A stretch of 64,000 nt of DNA from an uncultured Candidatus Saccharibacteria bacterium (GTDB lineage Bacteria; Patescibacteriota; Minisyncoccia; UBA6257): positions 128,001 to 192,000 of the forward strand of contig CAYZJA010000001.1 of NCBI GenBank assembly GCA_964479005.1. The letters are read 5' to 3'. The notes below the pieces were generated by a model, which ran no database searches, had not been told where the DNA came from, and was given only the letters and a program-made list of their open reading frames with translations. Positions 1-7,926 of the stretch are shown here, one piece after another (the stretch's first letter is position 1; every line of letters starts with the position of its first letter). Both the position numbers and the translations under genes were made by a program.

Positions 1-266
1 TTAAAGGTAAAAGATACGTTAAATATGGTTATGATAATGCGATCAATGATTTATATTTAATGAATGCGATAAAAACAAAAGAGTTTAATTTATTAGAGAA
101 ATATAAATCAAAAAGAAATAAGTATATTCATAATCTATTGTCAAAAAATACGGAGTGTATAGAAAATGAGGTTTTGGATATTCATAATCAGTATAAAGAT
201 TTTGTTTGGAAAATGATAAAAAAATTGGGGAGATTAGAGAAAAAAAGATTAAGTAAAAAAAAATAA
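1..266 (+). CDS. hypothetical protein, 5'-truncated by window edge
   Basis: Frame 3 is open from nt 3 to the stop at 266; the ATG at 60 listed in the ORF track is internal. No recognisable motifs. Confidence 0.3.
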   Translation, partial: KGKRYVKYGYDNAINDLYLMNAIKTKEFNLLEKYKSKRNKYIHNLLSKNTECIENEVLDIHNQYKDFVWKMIKKLGRLEKKRLSKKK

Positions 267-270
267 AACT

Positions 271-1047
271 GTGCTTACAAAATTTATTCAAAAATTGCGA
301 AAAAAGAATAATATGACGCAGGAATTTTTGGCGTCCGAGTTGAATATCTCTCGTCCTACTTATGTTCAAATAGAACAAGGCGAACGGGATTTAACTATCA
401 CCGAAGCGGAAAAACTAGCTTCTATTTTTGGAATTTCTTTTGAAGATTTTAGACATGGAAAAGATTCTTCAATTACCGCAAAAATTGAAAAGAATAAAAT
501 CAAACCAAAAATAGGAAAACAAGAGATAAGAATTAACGTCCCGCAAAAAAATCTTAAAAAATTTAAGGAAGTTTTACTTTATGTTTTGTCAAAAGTCGGC
601 GGTAAATCAAATGTCGGCGAAGCGGTATTATATAAACTGCTTTATTTTATTGATTTTGATTTTTACGAAAAATTTGAGGAACAATTGATTGGCGCGACAT
701 ATATTAAAAATCATTATGGGCCAACTCCTGTTGAGTTTAAAGCTATTATTGGCAATATGATTCAAAACGATGAAGTCGTAAAAGTTGAGGGAAAATATTT
801 TAATTATCCACAAAGAAAATATCTGCCAGTTAGACGGCCAGATCTTAATGTTTTATCTGGACGAGAGATAGAACATATTGATGATGTTTTGGCGCGTCTT
901 GCTGATAAAAATGCTAAAGAAATGGAAAATTACTCCCATGAAGATATTCCGTGGAAAACGGCGGAAAATGGCAAACCACTTTCCTACGAAAGTGTTTTTT
1001 ATCGTGACGAACGTTATTCTGTAAGAAATTATGAAGACGAACTTTAA
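271..1047 (+). CDS. XRE-family HTH fused to Panacea (DUF4065) domain; antitoxin-like
   Basis: N-terminus 'MTQEFLASELNISRPTYVQIEQGERDLTITEAEKLASIFGIS' is a Cro/C1-type HTH. The central 'VLYKLLYFIDFDFYEKFEEQLIGATYIKNHYGPTPVEF' matches the SocA/GepA-type Panacea fold. Its stop overlaps the start of the next ORF by 17 nt. Confidence 0.7.
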   Translation: MLTKFIQKLRKKNNMTQEFLASELNISRPTYVQIEQGERDLTITEAEKLASIFGISFEDFRHGKDSSITAKIEKNKIKPKIGKQEIRINVPQKNLKKFKEVLLYVLSKVGGKSNVGEAVLYKLLYFIDFDFYEKFEEQLIGATYIKNHYGPTPVEFKAIIGNMIQNDEVVKVEGKYFNYPQRKYLPVRRPDLNVLSGREIEHIDDVLARLADKNAKEMENYSHEDIPWKTAENGKPLSYESVFYRDERYSVRNYEDEL

Positions 1048-1366
1048 TGAACTATCTGAATTTTCTAAGGAATTTAAGCGGTTTTCAAAAAAATATAAAT
1101 CGTTATATGATGACTTAGAAGAGTTTAAGCGCATCGTTGATGTTGTACCATTAGGAAATAGCAAGCATTTTAATATTATTACACAAAACGAGCAATGCAC
1201 CGTTATTAAGGCTCGTTTCTTTTGTCGTTATTTAAAACACTCTTCTTTAAGGATTATCTACGCTTTTTACAGCCAAAATTGTAAAATTGAGTTTATTGAG
1301 ATATATTTTAAAGGCGAAAAAAATAATGAGGATCGCGAGAGAATCAAAGATTACTTGAAAGATTAA
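1031..1366 (+). CDS. RelE/ParE-superfamily toxin-like protein
   Basis: 111 aa. The C-terminal core 'GNSKHFNIITQNEQCTVIKARFFCRYLKHSSLRIIYAFYSQNCKIEFIEIYFKGEKNNEDRERI' fits the RelE/ParE pattern (…YRIIY…i.il.I.hRkd.Y). Translationally coupled to the upstream HTH-Panacea gene. Confidence 0.5.
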   Translation: MKTNFNELSEFSKEFKRFSKKYKSLYDDLEEFKRIVDVVPLGNSKHFNIITQNEQCTVIKARFFCRYLKHSSLRIIYAFYSQNCKIEFIEIYFKGEKNNEDRERIKDYLKD

Positions 1367-1375
1367 AAATAGATT

Positions 1376-1843
1376 TTGTTATTCTCTCACAGAAAATTTA
1401 TGGATAAAAGAATAATCAGGGAAAAATTGGATTTAATCAGAGGAGAAGTTATCTCATCCGCCACAAGAGTTGAGTTCGTTCTCGGCTATCGCTTAAGAAG
1501 GTATTTTTTTCCTAAAAGTAATAATAAAGCAACAATTCTTTTTTGGAATGTTATGAATACTCCTTACCTTACTTTTGATAATAAAATTAGTATTTATGAA
1601 TCAATACCTTATTTTAAAAAATTGAAAGGTTATCCTACTATTAAAAAATCTTTGAGATTTGTTCAGAGGTTGAGAAATACAATGGCTCATTGGGATTTAG
1701 ATGAAAAGAAAAGCGATCTTAAAAATATTTTTATGTTCACATTAGTTGGGAAATATAGAAAAATAACAATTAACGATAACTTGATTGAAAATTATAGAAA
1801 ACAGATTACTTTTCTTCTAAAAAAATTTGGTTATAGTAGATGA
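1376..1843 (+). CDS. hypothetical protein with HEPN-like Rx4H motif
   Basis: 'RLRNTMAH' matches the HEPN R-x4-6-H signature and the protein is predicted mostly helical. Lies next to the toxin/antitoxin pair. The true start may be the internal Met at ~1400. Confidence 0.3.
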   Translation: MLFSHRKFMDKRIIREKLDLIRGEVISSATRVEFVLGYRLRRYFFPKSNNKATILFWNVMNTPYLTFDNKISIYESIPYFKKLKGYPTIKKSLRFVQRLRNTMAHWDLDEKKSDLKNIFMFTLVGKYRKITINDNLIENYRKQITFLLKKFGYSR

Positions 1844-1917
1844 AGCTTGACGAGGGATTATCTATTTAGATGAAATCTTTTTTGTTTTCTCACTCTTATC
1901 TTAAAAAGATAATATAC

Positions 1918-3000
1918 TCAAATTATTCTTCCGCCGCCTAAGCATTTATCCTTTTGATAAAATACAGCAAATTGACCTGGGCAGGGAGCAAAGACGCCTT
2001 TTTTAAAGATAATCTTTAATTTTCTTTTTTCTGGAATTAAACAAGCTTGCGATAGTTTTTGTTGATAGCGGGTTTTAACTTGCGCATGAATAGATTTTAT
2101 CATTCTTTTTCCTGAAATCAAATGATATGGAAAAACAAACAGCTCTTTTTTATAAAGAGTTTTCTTATTTTTAGTAACAAAAAGTGTGTTTTTATTCTTA
2201 TCCCAGCCTGCTACAAAATATGGACCCCCAGATAATTTTATACCTTTTCGTTGGCCTAAAGTAAAAAAATGTAGCCCTTGATGTTTAGTCAGTATATTTC
2301 CTTTTAAATCTAAAACTGGTCCTTGTTTTTCACCAACCTTTTCTTTAAGAAAGGGACAAACTGATTGGCCAGCAACAAAGCAGAAATCTTGGCTTTGTTT
2401 TTTCTTAATAAAAAATTTGAAACCTTGCTTTTTAGCAATTTTATATATGTCTTTTTTTATATAATTTGCTAATGGAAAAATAATATGAGCAAGATATTTT
2501 TGTGGTAATAAGCATAAATTATATGATTGGTCTTTATTTTTATCTCGCGCTTTTAAAAGCTCATATTTTTTGGTTCTATTGTTTAATCTGAGTCGCGCAT
2601 AGTGGCCAGTGGCGATATATTGAATCTTGTGTTTTCTTGCCCATTGCAATAACTGTTTAAATTTAAAATTAGGGTTACAAATAACGCAGGGGTTTGGAGT
2701 TCTTAGATTTTTCCATTCGGAAATAAAATAATCAACAACTTCTTTTTGAAAATCTTTTCTGGCATCTATAATATAGTAGGGGACATCTAGTTTTTTGCAA
2801 ATGTTCTTGGCGATTTTCAAAGACTCCTTAGTGCAAAAAGGGTTTTCTTTAAAAGGATTTAATTTGTTTTGCCAGATAGGTAGTTTTAAAGAAACGCCAA
2901 TTGGGTTCCACCCTTGCTTTTTTAATAATATTAAAGCCATGGAAGAATCTATTCCACCTGACATTCCAACAACAATTTTTTTACCCTTACCTAATTCCAT
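1918..3000 (-). CDS. mnmA: tRNA-specific 2-thiouridylase MnmA
   Basis: PP-loop 'KKIVVGMSGGIDSSMALILL' and conserved Cys residues. Collinear with MnmA along its whole length. Confidence 0.9.
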   Translation of the reverse strand: MELGKGKKIVVGMSGGIDSSMALILLKKQGWNPIGVSLKLPIWQNKLNPFKENPFCTKESLKIAKNICKKLDVPYYIIDARKDFQKEVVDYFISEWKNLRTPNPCVICNPNFKFKQLLQWARKHKIQYIATGHYARLRLNNRTKKYELLKARDKNKDQSYNLCLLPQKYLAHIIFPLANYIKKDIYKIAKKQGFKFFIKKKQSQDFCFVAGQSVCPFLKEKVGEKQGPVLDLKGNILTKHQGLHFFTLGQRKGIKLSGGPYFVAGWDKNKNTLFVTKNKKTLYKKELFVFPYHLISGKRMIKSIHAQVKTRYQQKLSQACLIPEKRKLKIIFKKGVFAPCPGQFAVFYQKDKCLGGGRII

Positions 3001-3470
3001 TCCTTATACTTTTCTTCAATTATCTTTTTTTCTTTTTCTACTCTTTTATGATGTTTTTCCAATTCTTCTGATATTTCAATTTTGTTTTTTAAAAAATAAT
3101 TATAAATCGCCTCTTTTAGGGAATCGGCAGCTAAAATCGAACAATGGAGCTTAAAAGGTGGCAAAGGTTTACCCAATTTGTTTATTAAGTCTTCTTTTGC
3201 TATCTTTAATACTTTTTCAATTTTCTTGCCCTTTACTAAGGTAGTAAGTAAACTGGTATTGGCGATAGCAACAACGCAACCTAAGGTTTCGAATTTTATA
3301 TCTTTGATAATCTTTCCGCCTTTTTTATTTTCTCCGATTTTCAAATAAATATTCATTATATCACCACAAAGAAAATTACCAGCACTACCTGCGCCGTCGG
3401 GATTTTTAATTTTACCCACATTCCTCGGTTTTTTAAAATGTTTAATTATTTCTTTTGAATAAATTGCCAT
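2991..3470 (-). CDS. iscU: Fe-S cluster scaffold protein NifU/IscU
   Basis: 'PRNVGKI…GAGSAGNFLCGDIMNIYLKI…FETLGCVVAIANTSL…LHCSILAADSL' carries the three conserved Cys and matches IscU. Confidence 0.85.
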   Translation of the reverse strand: MAIYSKEIIKHFKKPRNVGKIKNPDGAGSAGNFLCGDIMNIYLKIGENKKGGKIIKDIKFETLGCVVAIANTSLLTTLVKGKKIEKVLKIAKEDLINKLGKPLPPFKLHCSILAADSLKEAIYNYFLKNKIEISEELEKHHKRVEKEKKIIEEKYKEWN

Positions 3471-3474
3471 GAAT

Positions 3475-4641
3475 TTATTTTTTAAATGGAGATATTTTTC
3501 TTAATTTTTTTATGGCTTTTGACAGTATTTTAAGCAGATAATTAATATCTTGTTCTGTAGTCCATCTTCCTATTGTTAATCTCAAAGAACTATGTGCTTG
3601 TTCTGGTCGTAATCCGCATGCCAAAAGAATATGGCTAGGTTCTAATTTTTCAGAAGAACAGGCAGAACCAGTAGAAGCGGCAATTCCATAGGAGTTTAAA
3701 TTCATTACAATAGATTCACCTTCAACATAAGAAAACCAAAAATTAGCATTATTAGGCAATCGTTTTTTGCCATGGCCATTAAGATGAGAATCTGGTATTT
3801 TCTTCAAAACTTCATTAATTAGCTTATCTCTTAACTTGATTTGTCTTTTTGATTCTTTTTTCATTTCTTTTTCACAGATTTCTATTGCTTTTCCAAACCC
3901 TACAATTGCCGGAACATTAACAGTTGATGCTCTTAATCCAAATTCATGGCCTCCGCCGTGAATTAATGGTTCTATTTTTGTTCCTTTTTTAACATATAAC
4001 AAAGCCGCGCCTTTTGGCCCATAGATTTTATGTGAAGAAGCAGTTAATAAATTAACTTTCATTTTCTGTACATCAAGAGGCATTTTTCCAAAACTTTGGA
4101 CTGCGTCAGTATGAAAATATACTTTTTTCTTTTCACAGATTTTTCCTATTTTTTCAATTGGTTCAATAGTTCCTATCTCATTGCTCCCATGAATAATTGA
4201 TACTAATATTGTATCTTTTCTTATGGCTTTTTCTATTTCTTTTGGATCGATCATGCCATATTTATTGACTTTTATTTTTGTAAGCTCAAAACCTTGTTTT
4301 TCTAACCATTCAGCGCTGTTTAAAACGCAGCTATGTTCAATAGAGGAAATAATAATGTGTTTGCCCTTGTTTTGGTTAGCAAAAGCTATTCCCTTAATAG
4401 CAAGATTATTACTTTCTGTTGCTGAGCTTGTAAAGATTATTTCATTTTTATTTTTCGCATTAAGGACTTTTGACATTATTGAGCGGCTTTTTTCCAGAGC
4501 TTTTTTTGCTTCTTCACCAAAACTATGCAAAGAAACAGAATTCCCAAATTTTTCTGTAAAATAAGGAAGCATCGCCTTTAATACGCGAGAATCAACAGGA
4601 GTAGTAGCAGCATAATCCAAATATGTTTTTGTAATTTTCAT
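3475..4641 (-). CDS. iscS: cysteine desulfurase (NifS/IscS class V aminotransferase)
   Basis: PLP-lysine region 'SSHKIYGPKGAALLYVKKG' and C-terminal 'STGSACSS' active-site Cys loop. Operon with iscU and mnmA. Confidence 0.9.
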   Translation of the reverse strand: MKITKTYLDYAATTPVDSRVLKAMLPYFTEKFGNSVSLHSFGEEAKKALEKSRSIMSKVLNAKNKNEIIFTSSATESNNLAIKGIAFANQNKGKHIIISSIEHSCVLNSAEWLEKQGFELTKIKVNKYGMIDPKEIEKAIRKDTILVSIIHGSNEIGTIEPIEKIGKICEKKKVYFHTDAVQSFGKMPLDVQKMKVNLLTASSHKIYGPKGAALLYVKKGTKIEPLIHGGGHEFGLRASTVNVPAIVGFGKAIEICEKEMKKESKRQIKLRDKLINEVLKKIPDSHLNGHGKKRLPNNANFWFSYVEGESIVMNLNSYGIAASTGSACSSEKLEPSHILLACGLRPEQAHSSLRLTIGRWTTEQDINYLLKILSKAIKKLRKISPFKK

Positions 4642-4713
4642 AATTCAATCAATTTTAGCACAAAGAAAATGAGTTTACAATTCTTATAATTTCTGTTAAT
4701 TTATATAAAGAAC

Positions 4714-4785
4714 GCCGGGGTAACTCAGTGGTAGAGTAGCTGTTTCGTAAACAGCAAGTCGCGAGTTCGAATCTCGCCTCCGGCT
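4714..4785 (+). tRNA. tRNA-Thr (anticodon CGU)
   Basis: Cloverleaf: acceptor GCCGGGG/CTCCGGC; D-arm ACTC-AGTGGTA-GAGT; anticodon stem GCTGT/ACAGC with loop TTCGTAA; T-arm GCGAG-TTCGAAT-CTCGC. Confidence 0.8.
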
Positions 4786-4801
4786 CAGTAATTTTTATTC
4801 C

Positions 4802-4829
4802 TTGACTTGATTTTACTTTGCTCTATAAT
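4802..4829 (+). promoter_or_regulatory. sigma70-like promoter (TTGACT-16-TATAAT)
   Basis: cTTGACTtgattttactttgctcTATAAT lies just upstream of an AAGGAGG SD and the ATG at 4871. Confidence 0.45.
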
Positions 4830-4870
4830 TATGCATTAGGGTAATGGCAGGAAAAAAGGAGGTGTTTGTT

Positions 4871-5212
4871 ATGAGAATTAAAAGAACAATCTCTGGACCA
4901 AAAAGAAACACCCCCTCTACTTATGGACAGGAACTTTCTATGGCCAAAAACGTTGTGGAAAGTACATTAAGTAGTAAAAATAAGCAACTGATAGAATATA
5001 TTTTATCAGTTGCTAAATTGAAAATTAGAGGCGATAATTTTTTCGCTACTAAGATAAAAAAACTTTCAGATAGGGTAATGATAAACGGGGGTGTTTTAAT
5101 GAAAAAAACCAGGAGAATCAATCTTTACATTTACAACATGGATTTAAGGTCAACGCAAGAATTGATTGATAAAGCCCGAAGTATTTTAGAGGTAAATAAA
5201 AATGCAGCTTAA
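4871..5212 (+). CDS. hypothetical protein
   Basis: ORF with a strong SD (AAGGAGG at 4855-4861, 9-nt spacer to the ATG at 4871); the upstream ATG at 4844 has no SD. No family recognised. It sits where rplK/rplA would normally precede rplJ. Confidence 0.35.
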   Translation: MRIKRTISGPKRNTPSTYGQELSMAKNVVESTLSSKNKQLIEYILSVAKLKIRGDNFFATKIKKLSDRVMINGGVLMKKTRRINLYIYNMDLRSTQELIDKARSILEVNKNAA

Positions 5213-5410
5213 TAAATTAACAAACAAAGTAAAACAATACATCCTGCCATTGCCTTACCCTACTTACTTGACAAAAAAATTAGATTCTATATACTTAAGT
5301 AAAGTTTCCCAAGACATCAGGCAGCGATTAAGCATAAGGCCTGGTAAGGAATAAATTTAATGTTTTTATATTCTATCTGTGGGAAACCACAGATTTTTAA
5401 TTATTTTTTT

Positions 5411-5929
5411 ATGATTTCTAAAGAAAAAAAGGAACAAATTATTAAAGAATTATCAGAACAGATAAAAAAAGCCAAGGCAATTTATTTTGCCAAATTTTTA
5501 GGACTAAAAGTTTCTGAAATGAATGAATTACGCCAAGAATTGAAAAAAGATAATGCTAAAGCGAGAGTAGTAAAAAAGAACCTGGCTAAAATTGTTTTTT
5601 CTCAGAAAGGTTATAAAGACGAGATTTCTAATGATGAAGCAAATTCTTTTATGGTTAATTTTGCTTTTGATGATCCGATTAGCACAGCTAAAGTACTTTG
5701 GAATTTTTCCAAAAAGAATGATAAATTTCAAATTTTGGGAGGAGTAACAGACGGAGTGTTCTTAGACGCAGAAAAAGTAATAAGATTAGCAAAGATACCA
5801 TCAAAAGATATACTTTTAGGTCGATTAGTTGGTTCAATAGCTTCTCCAATACAACGATTATTATATGTCTTAAATGGAAATATTCAGAAATTAGTTGTGG
5901 TATTGGAAGGCATAAAAGCAACAAAATAA
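5411..5929 (+). CDS. rplJ: 50S ribosomal protein L10
   Basis: 'ISKEKKEQIIKELSEQIKKAKAIYFAKFLGLKVSEMNELRQELKK…ARVVKKNLAKIVF' matches the L10 N-terminal region. Start placed at the ATG at 5411; the track's 5360 start adds non-L10 residues. Confidence 0.8.
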   Translation: MISKEKKEQIIKELSEQIKKAKAIYFAKFLGLKVSEMNELRQELKKDNAKARVVKKNLAKIVFSQKGYKDEISNDEANSFMVNFAFDDPISTAKVLWNFSKKNDKFQILGGVTDGVFLDAEKVIRLAKIPSKDILLGRLVGSIASPIQRLLYVLNGNIQKLVVVLEGIKATK

Positions 5930-5959
5930 TTCATTTAATAATTTAGTAATATAATTATC

Positions 5960-6394
5960 ATGGCAGAAAAAAAAGAAGAAAAAAAAGAGGAAAAGAAAGA
6001 AAAAAAAGTTTCTGAAAAATTACAGGAAATAATGAAAAAAGTTGAGGAATTGACCGTTATAGAATTGGCAGATTTAGTTAAGGCATTAGAAGATAAATTC
6101 GGTGTTTCTGCTGCTCCTCAAGCAGTAGCCTCAGCTGGCGCAGCTGGCGTTGGCGAAGGTGAAGAGAGAGCTGAAGAAAAAAAAGAAACAGTTTCTGTAA
6201 TTCTTAAAGATGCTGGTCAGGCAAAAGTGCAAATAATCAAGGAAATAAAGGAAATTATGGGTTTGGGGCTGAAAGAAGCAAAAGATTTAGTAGATGCTGC
6301 TCCAAAAGCGTTAAAAGAGAATATTTCTGTGTCTGAAGCAGAAGAAATTAAGAAAAAATTAGAAGAAGCTGGCGCTACAGTAGAGATAAAATAA
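5960..6394 (+). CDS. rplL: 50S ribosomal protein L7/L12 with Lys/Glu-rich N-terminal extension
   Basis: '[23 protein letters not shown]…' and the C-terminal domain '[56 protein letters not shown]' are diagnostic. Preceded by a (KEEKK)n extension. Confidence 0.85.
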   Translation: MAEKKEEKKEEKKEKKVSEKLQEIMKKVEELTVIELADLVKALEDKFGVSAAPQAVASAGAAGVGEGEERAEEKKETVSVILKDAGQAKVQIIKEIKEIMGLGLKEAKDLVDAAPKALKENISVSEAEEIKKKLEEAGATVEIK

Positions 6395-6418
6395 TACGAA
6401 AGTGTAAAAGCGAAAAGT

Positions 6419-6492
6419 GCGCGTGTAGCTCAGTTGGTTAGAGCGTACGATTCACATTCGTAAGGTCTCTGGTTCGAATCCAGACACGCGCA
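6419..6492 (+). tRNA. tRNA-Val (anticodon CAC)
   Basis: Acceptor GCGCGTG/CACGCGC; D-arm GCTC-AGTTGGTTA-GAGC; anticodon stem TACGA/TCGTA with loop TTCACAT; T-arm TCTGG-TTCGAAT-CCAGA. Confidence 0.8.
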
Positions 6493-6610
6493 CTGGTAAT
6501 TTCAAGTTCTTGACTAATAGTTAAAGGTTGTTATACTTTAAATGTAGAAGAAAATTAAATAAAAAAGGTCGATAAAACTTTAAAATAATTATAATTGGAA
6601 TTTTAAAAAT

Positions 6611-6811
6611 ATGAATAAAACCTGGTTAATCATAGCACTTGCAGTATTAGTAGTGGTTATTATTATGATCGTTCGTAGTGCAGGAGCGCCAACTGATGTT
6701 CCTGAAACAACAACTACTACTGAGGCAGTTGTAGATGAAGTTTTGCCTTTAGAAGGTGAAACAGTCGAAGATGAAGTTTCAGAAGATGAAGCAGTGGTTC
6801 CTGTTGAATAG
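6611..6811 (+). CDS. small single-TM protein with acidic Thr/Glu-rich tail
   Basis: 66 aa. One hydrophobic helix (LIIALAVLVVVIIMIV) followed by a TTTTE…DE-rich tail. Has its own promoter (TTGACT-16-TATACT at ~6513-6545) and a terminator immediately downstream. Confidence 0.4.
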   Translation: MNKTWLIIALAVLVVVIIMIVRSAGAPTDVPETTTTTEAVVDEVLPLEGETVEDEVSEDEAVVPVE

Positions 6812-6823
6812 ACGATTTTTAAA

Positions 6824-6858
6824 AAGACCTGTTATATTTGATATAGCAGGTCTTTTTC
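6824..6858 (+). terminator. intrinsic terminator
   Basis: aaAGACCTGttatatttgatatagCAGGTCTttttctt: a GC-containing stem followed by a T-run. Confidence 0.6.
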
Positions 6859-6867
6859 TTTATACAT

Positions 6868-6916
6868 AAAGTTATCCACAATGGGACTTGACAAGATTTA
6901 AATGTTTGCTATACTA
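6868..6916 (+). promoter_or_regulatory. conserved strong promoter module (DnaA-box-like 9-mer + -35 + extended -10)
   Basis: aagTTATCCACAatgggacTTGACAagatttaaatgtt TGcTATACT. 48 of 49 nt are identical to the minus-strand copy at 29082-29130. Core also shared with 10481-10515. Confidence 0.6.
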
Positions 6917-6919
6917 CGG

Positions 6920-6983
6920 ATGCTGTCGTTTGGAAGTATTTGTTAGCTTGCTAATGGATATGGAAGAGTGGCAGCATTTTTTT
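6920..6983 (+). ncRNA. candidate structured small RNA, copy 1 (promoter-to-terminator unit)
   Basis: AUGCUGUCG…UGGCAGCAU forms a 9-bp outer stem around an inner GUUAG-CUUG-CUAAU hairpin, ending in U7. Both stems are kept in copy 2 by compensatory substitutions. Confidence 0.45.
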
Positions 6984-7212
6984 ATACTTACATAATAACA
7001 AAAGATACGAAGAATTGTCCTTCATATTTTTGATTGACTTTATTAATAAGACGTGATATAGTAAAAATGCTCTTAATTGAGCATTTTTTTGTACTTTGAC
7101 ATTTAAAATATATAGCCGTAACAGGGAAAATTCTTTGTTATTGGAGATAAAAGATAGATTATTAAATGATTTGATTAGTAAAAAATAAATTTAAATAAAG
7201 GAGGAAAGAAAG

Positions 7213-7926
7213 ATGAAAAGGAAGTTAGTTATAGTTTTTGTTTTGTTTATTTTAGTGCTGAGTTTTACTCCAATTTTGAAACACTGGTCTTCAGAATGGG
7301 AATTGAATGCCCCAGTGTTATTGGATAGCGTTCAATTATCGAATGATTGCCGTATATTGTTGGGATCGTATTATTCAAGCGGGGTGATTTATCAGGATAA
7401 TTCTTTTGAATTTATTACTCATTCATCTGATGTGTTTTCTGATGTAAATGGTTTTAGGCCCTATCCTTGGGGAGGAGAAGTGTTTTCAGGAGAAATATCT
7501 TTTTTATGTTCCCTTGATAATTATACAGGATTCAGATCATTTATGATCCAGGGGAAACAGAAAGATGATCATGGCGCCATTGCTGTTCCTGGTTTACTGT
7601 CAAAACCAAATGTAGAATCAGGAGAATTATATTATCTATCGTTTTGGGTGAAATATGATATTCAAGAAGGAGGATTTAGGCTTACACAACAATTCTTTCG
7701 TAAGCAAGACAGCGAATATCCTCATTATGCTTGCTATGGTTCTTTGATTAAAGGTAATAGTAATAAACGCTGGGAGTATGTAGGTTTAATTGTTCAGGCA
7801 CCAATTGATGCTTGGAAAGGAGATCCAGTATTAGAATTGAAAGGCAAGGGATTTGTTTTAGTTGATGATGTTTATTTCGGAAAGATAGAAATAATAAAGG
7901 AGGTGAATAAAGGTGAGATTCTTTAG
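7213..7926 (+). CDS. secreted/membrane-anchored hypothetical protein (possible beta-sandwich carbohydrate-binding protein)
   Basis: Strong SD AAGGAGG, N-terminal signal/TM helix, and a stop overlapping the GTG start of the GT2 gene. Function is inferred only from operon context. Confidence 0.4.
   Translation: MKRKLVIVFVLFILVLSFTPILKHWSSEWELNAPVLLDSVQLSNDCRILLGSYYSSGVIYQDNSFEFITHSSDVFSDVNGFRPYPWGGEVFSGEISFLCSLDNYTGFRSFMIQGKQKDDHGAIAVPGLLSKPNVESGELYYLSFWVKYDIQEGGFRLTQQFFRKQDSEYPHYACYGSLIKGNSNKRWEYVGLIVQAPIDAWKGDPVLELKGKGFVLVDDVYFGKIEIIKEVNKGEIL

Noticed and set aside
806-814. Additional TTATCCACA 9-mer inside the HTH-Panacea CDS
   Set aside because: An isolated occurrence within coding sequence with no promoter context. 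It is probably chance in AT-rich DNA.
85-1200. Minus-strand ORFs (85-378, 628-813, 853-1200) antisense to the TA region
   Set aside because: They lie entirely within better-supported + strand genes and have Phe/Ile/Lys-rich composition typical of antisense frames in AT-rich DNA.
2795-3154. + strand 119-aa ORF antisense to mnmA/iscU
   Set aside because: Embedded in the antisense strand of two strongly supported conserved genes.
6920-6946. 8-codon ATG-initiated ORFs at the 5' end of both sRNA copies (MLSFGSIC and MLLSREIE), each ending at the conserved TAG of UAGCUUGCUA
   Set aside because: The peptide sequences are not conserved between copies while the RNA stems are maintained by compensatory changes, and neither has an SD. 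They are treated as non-coding.
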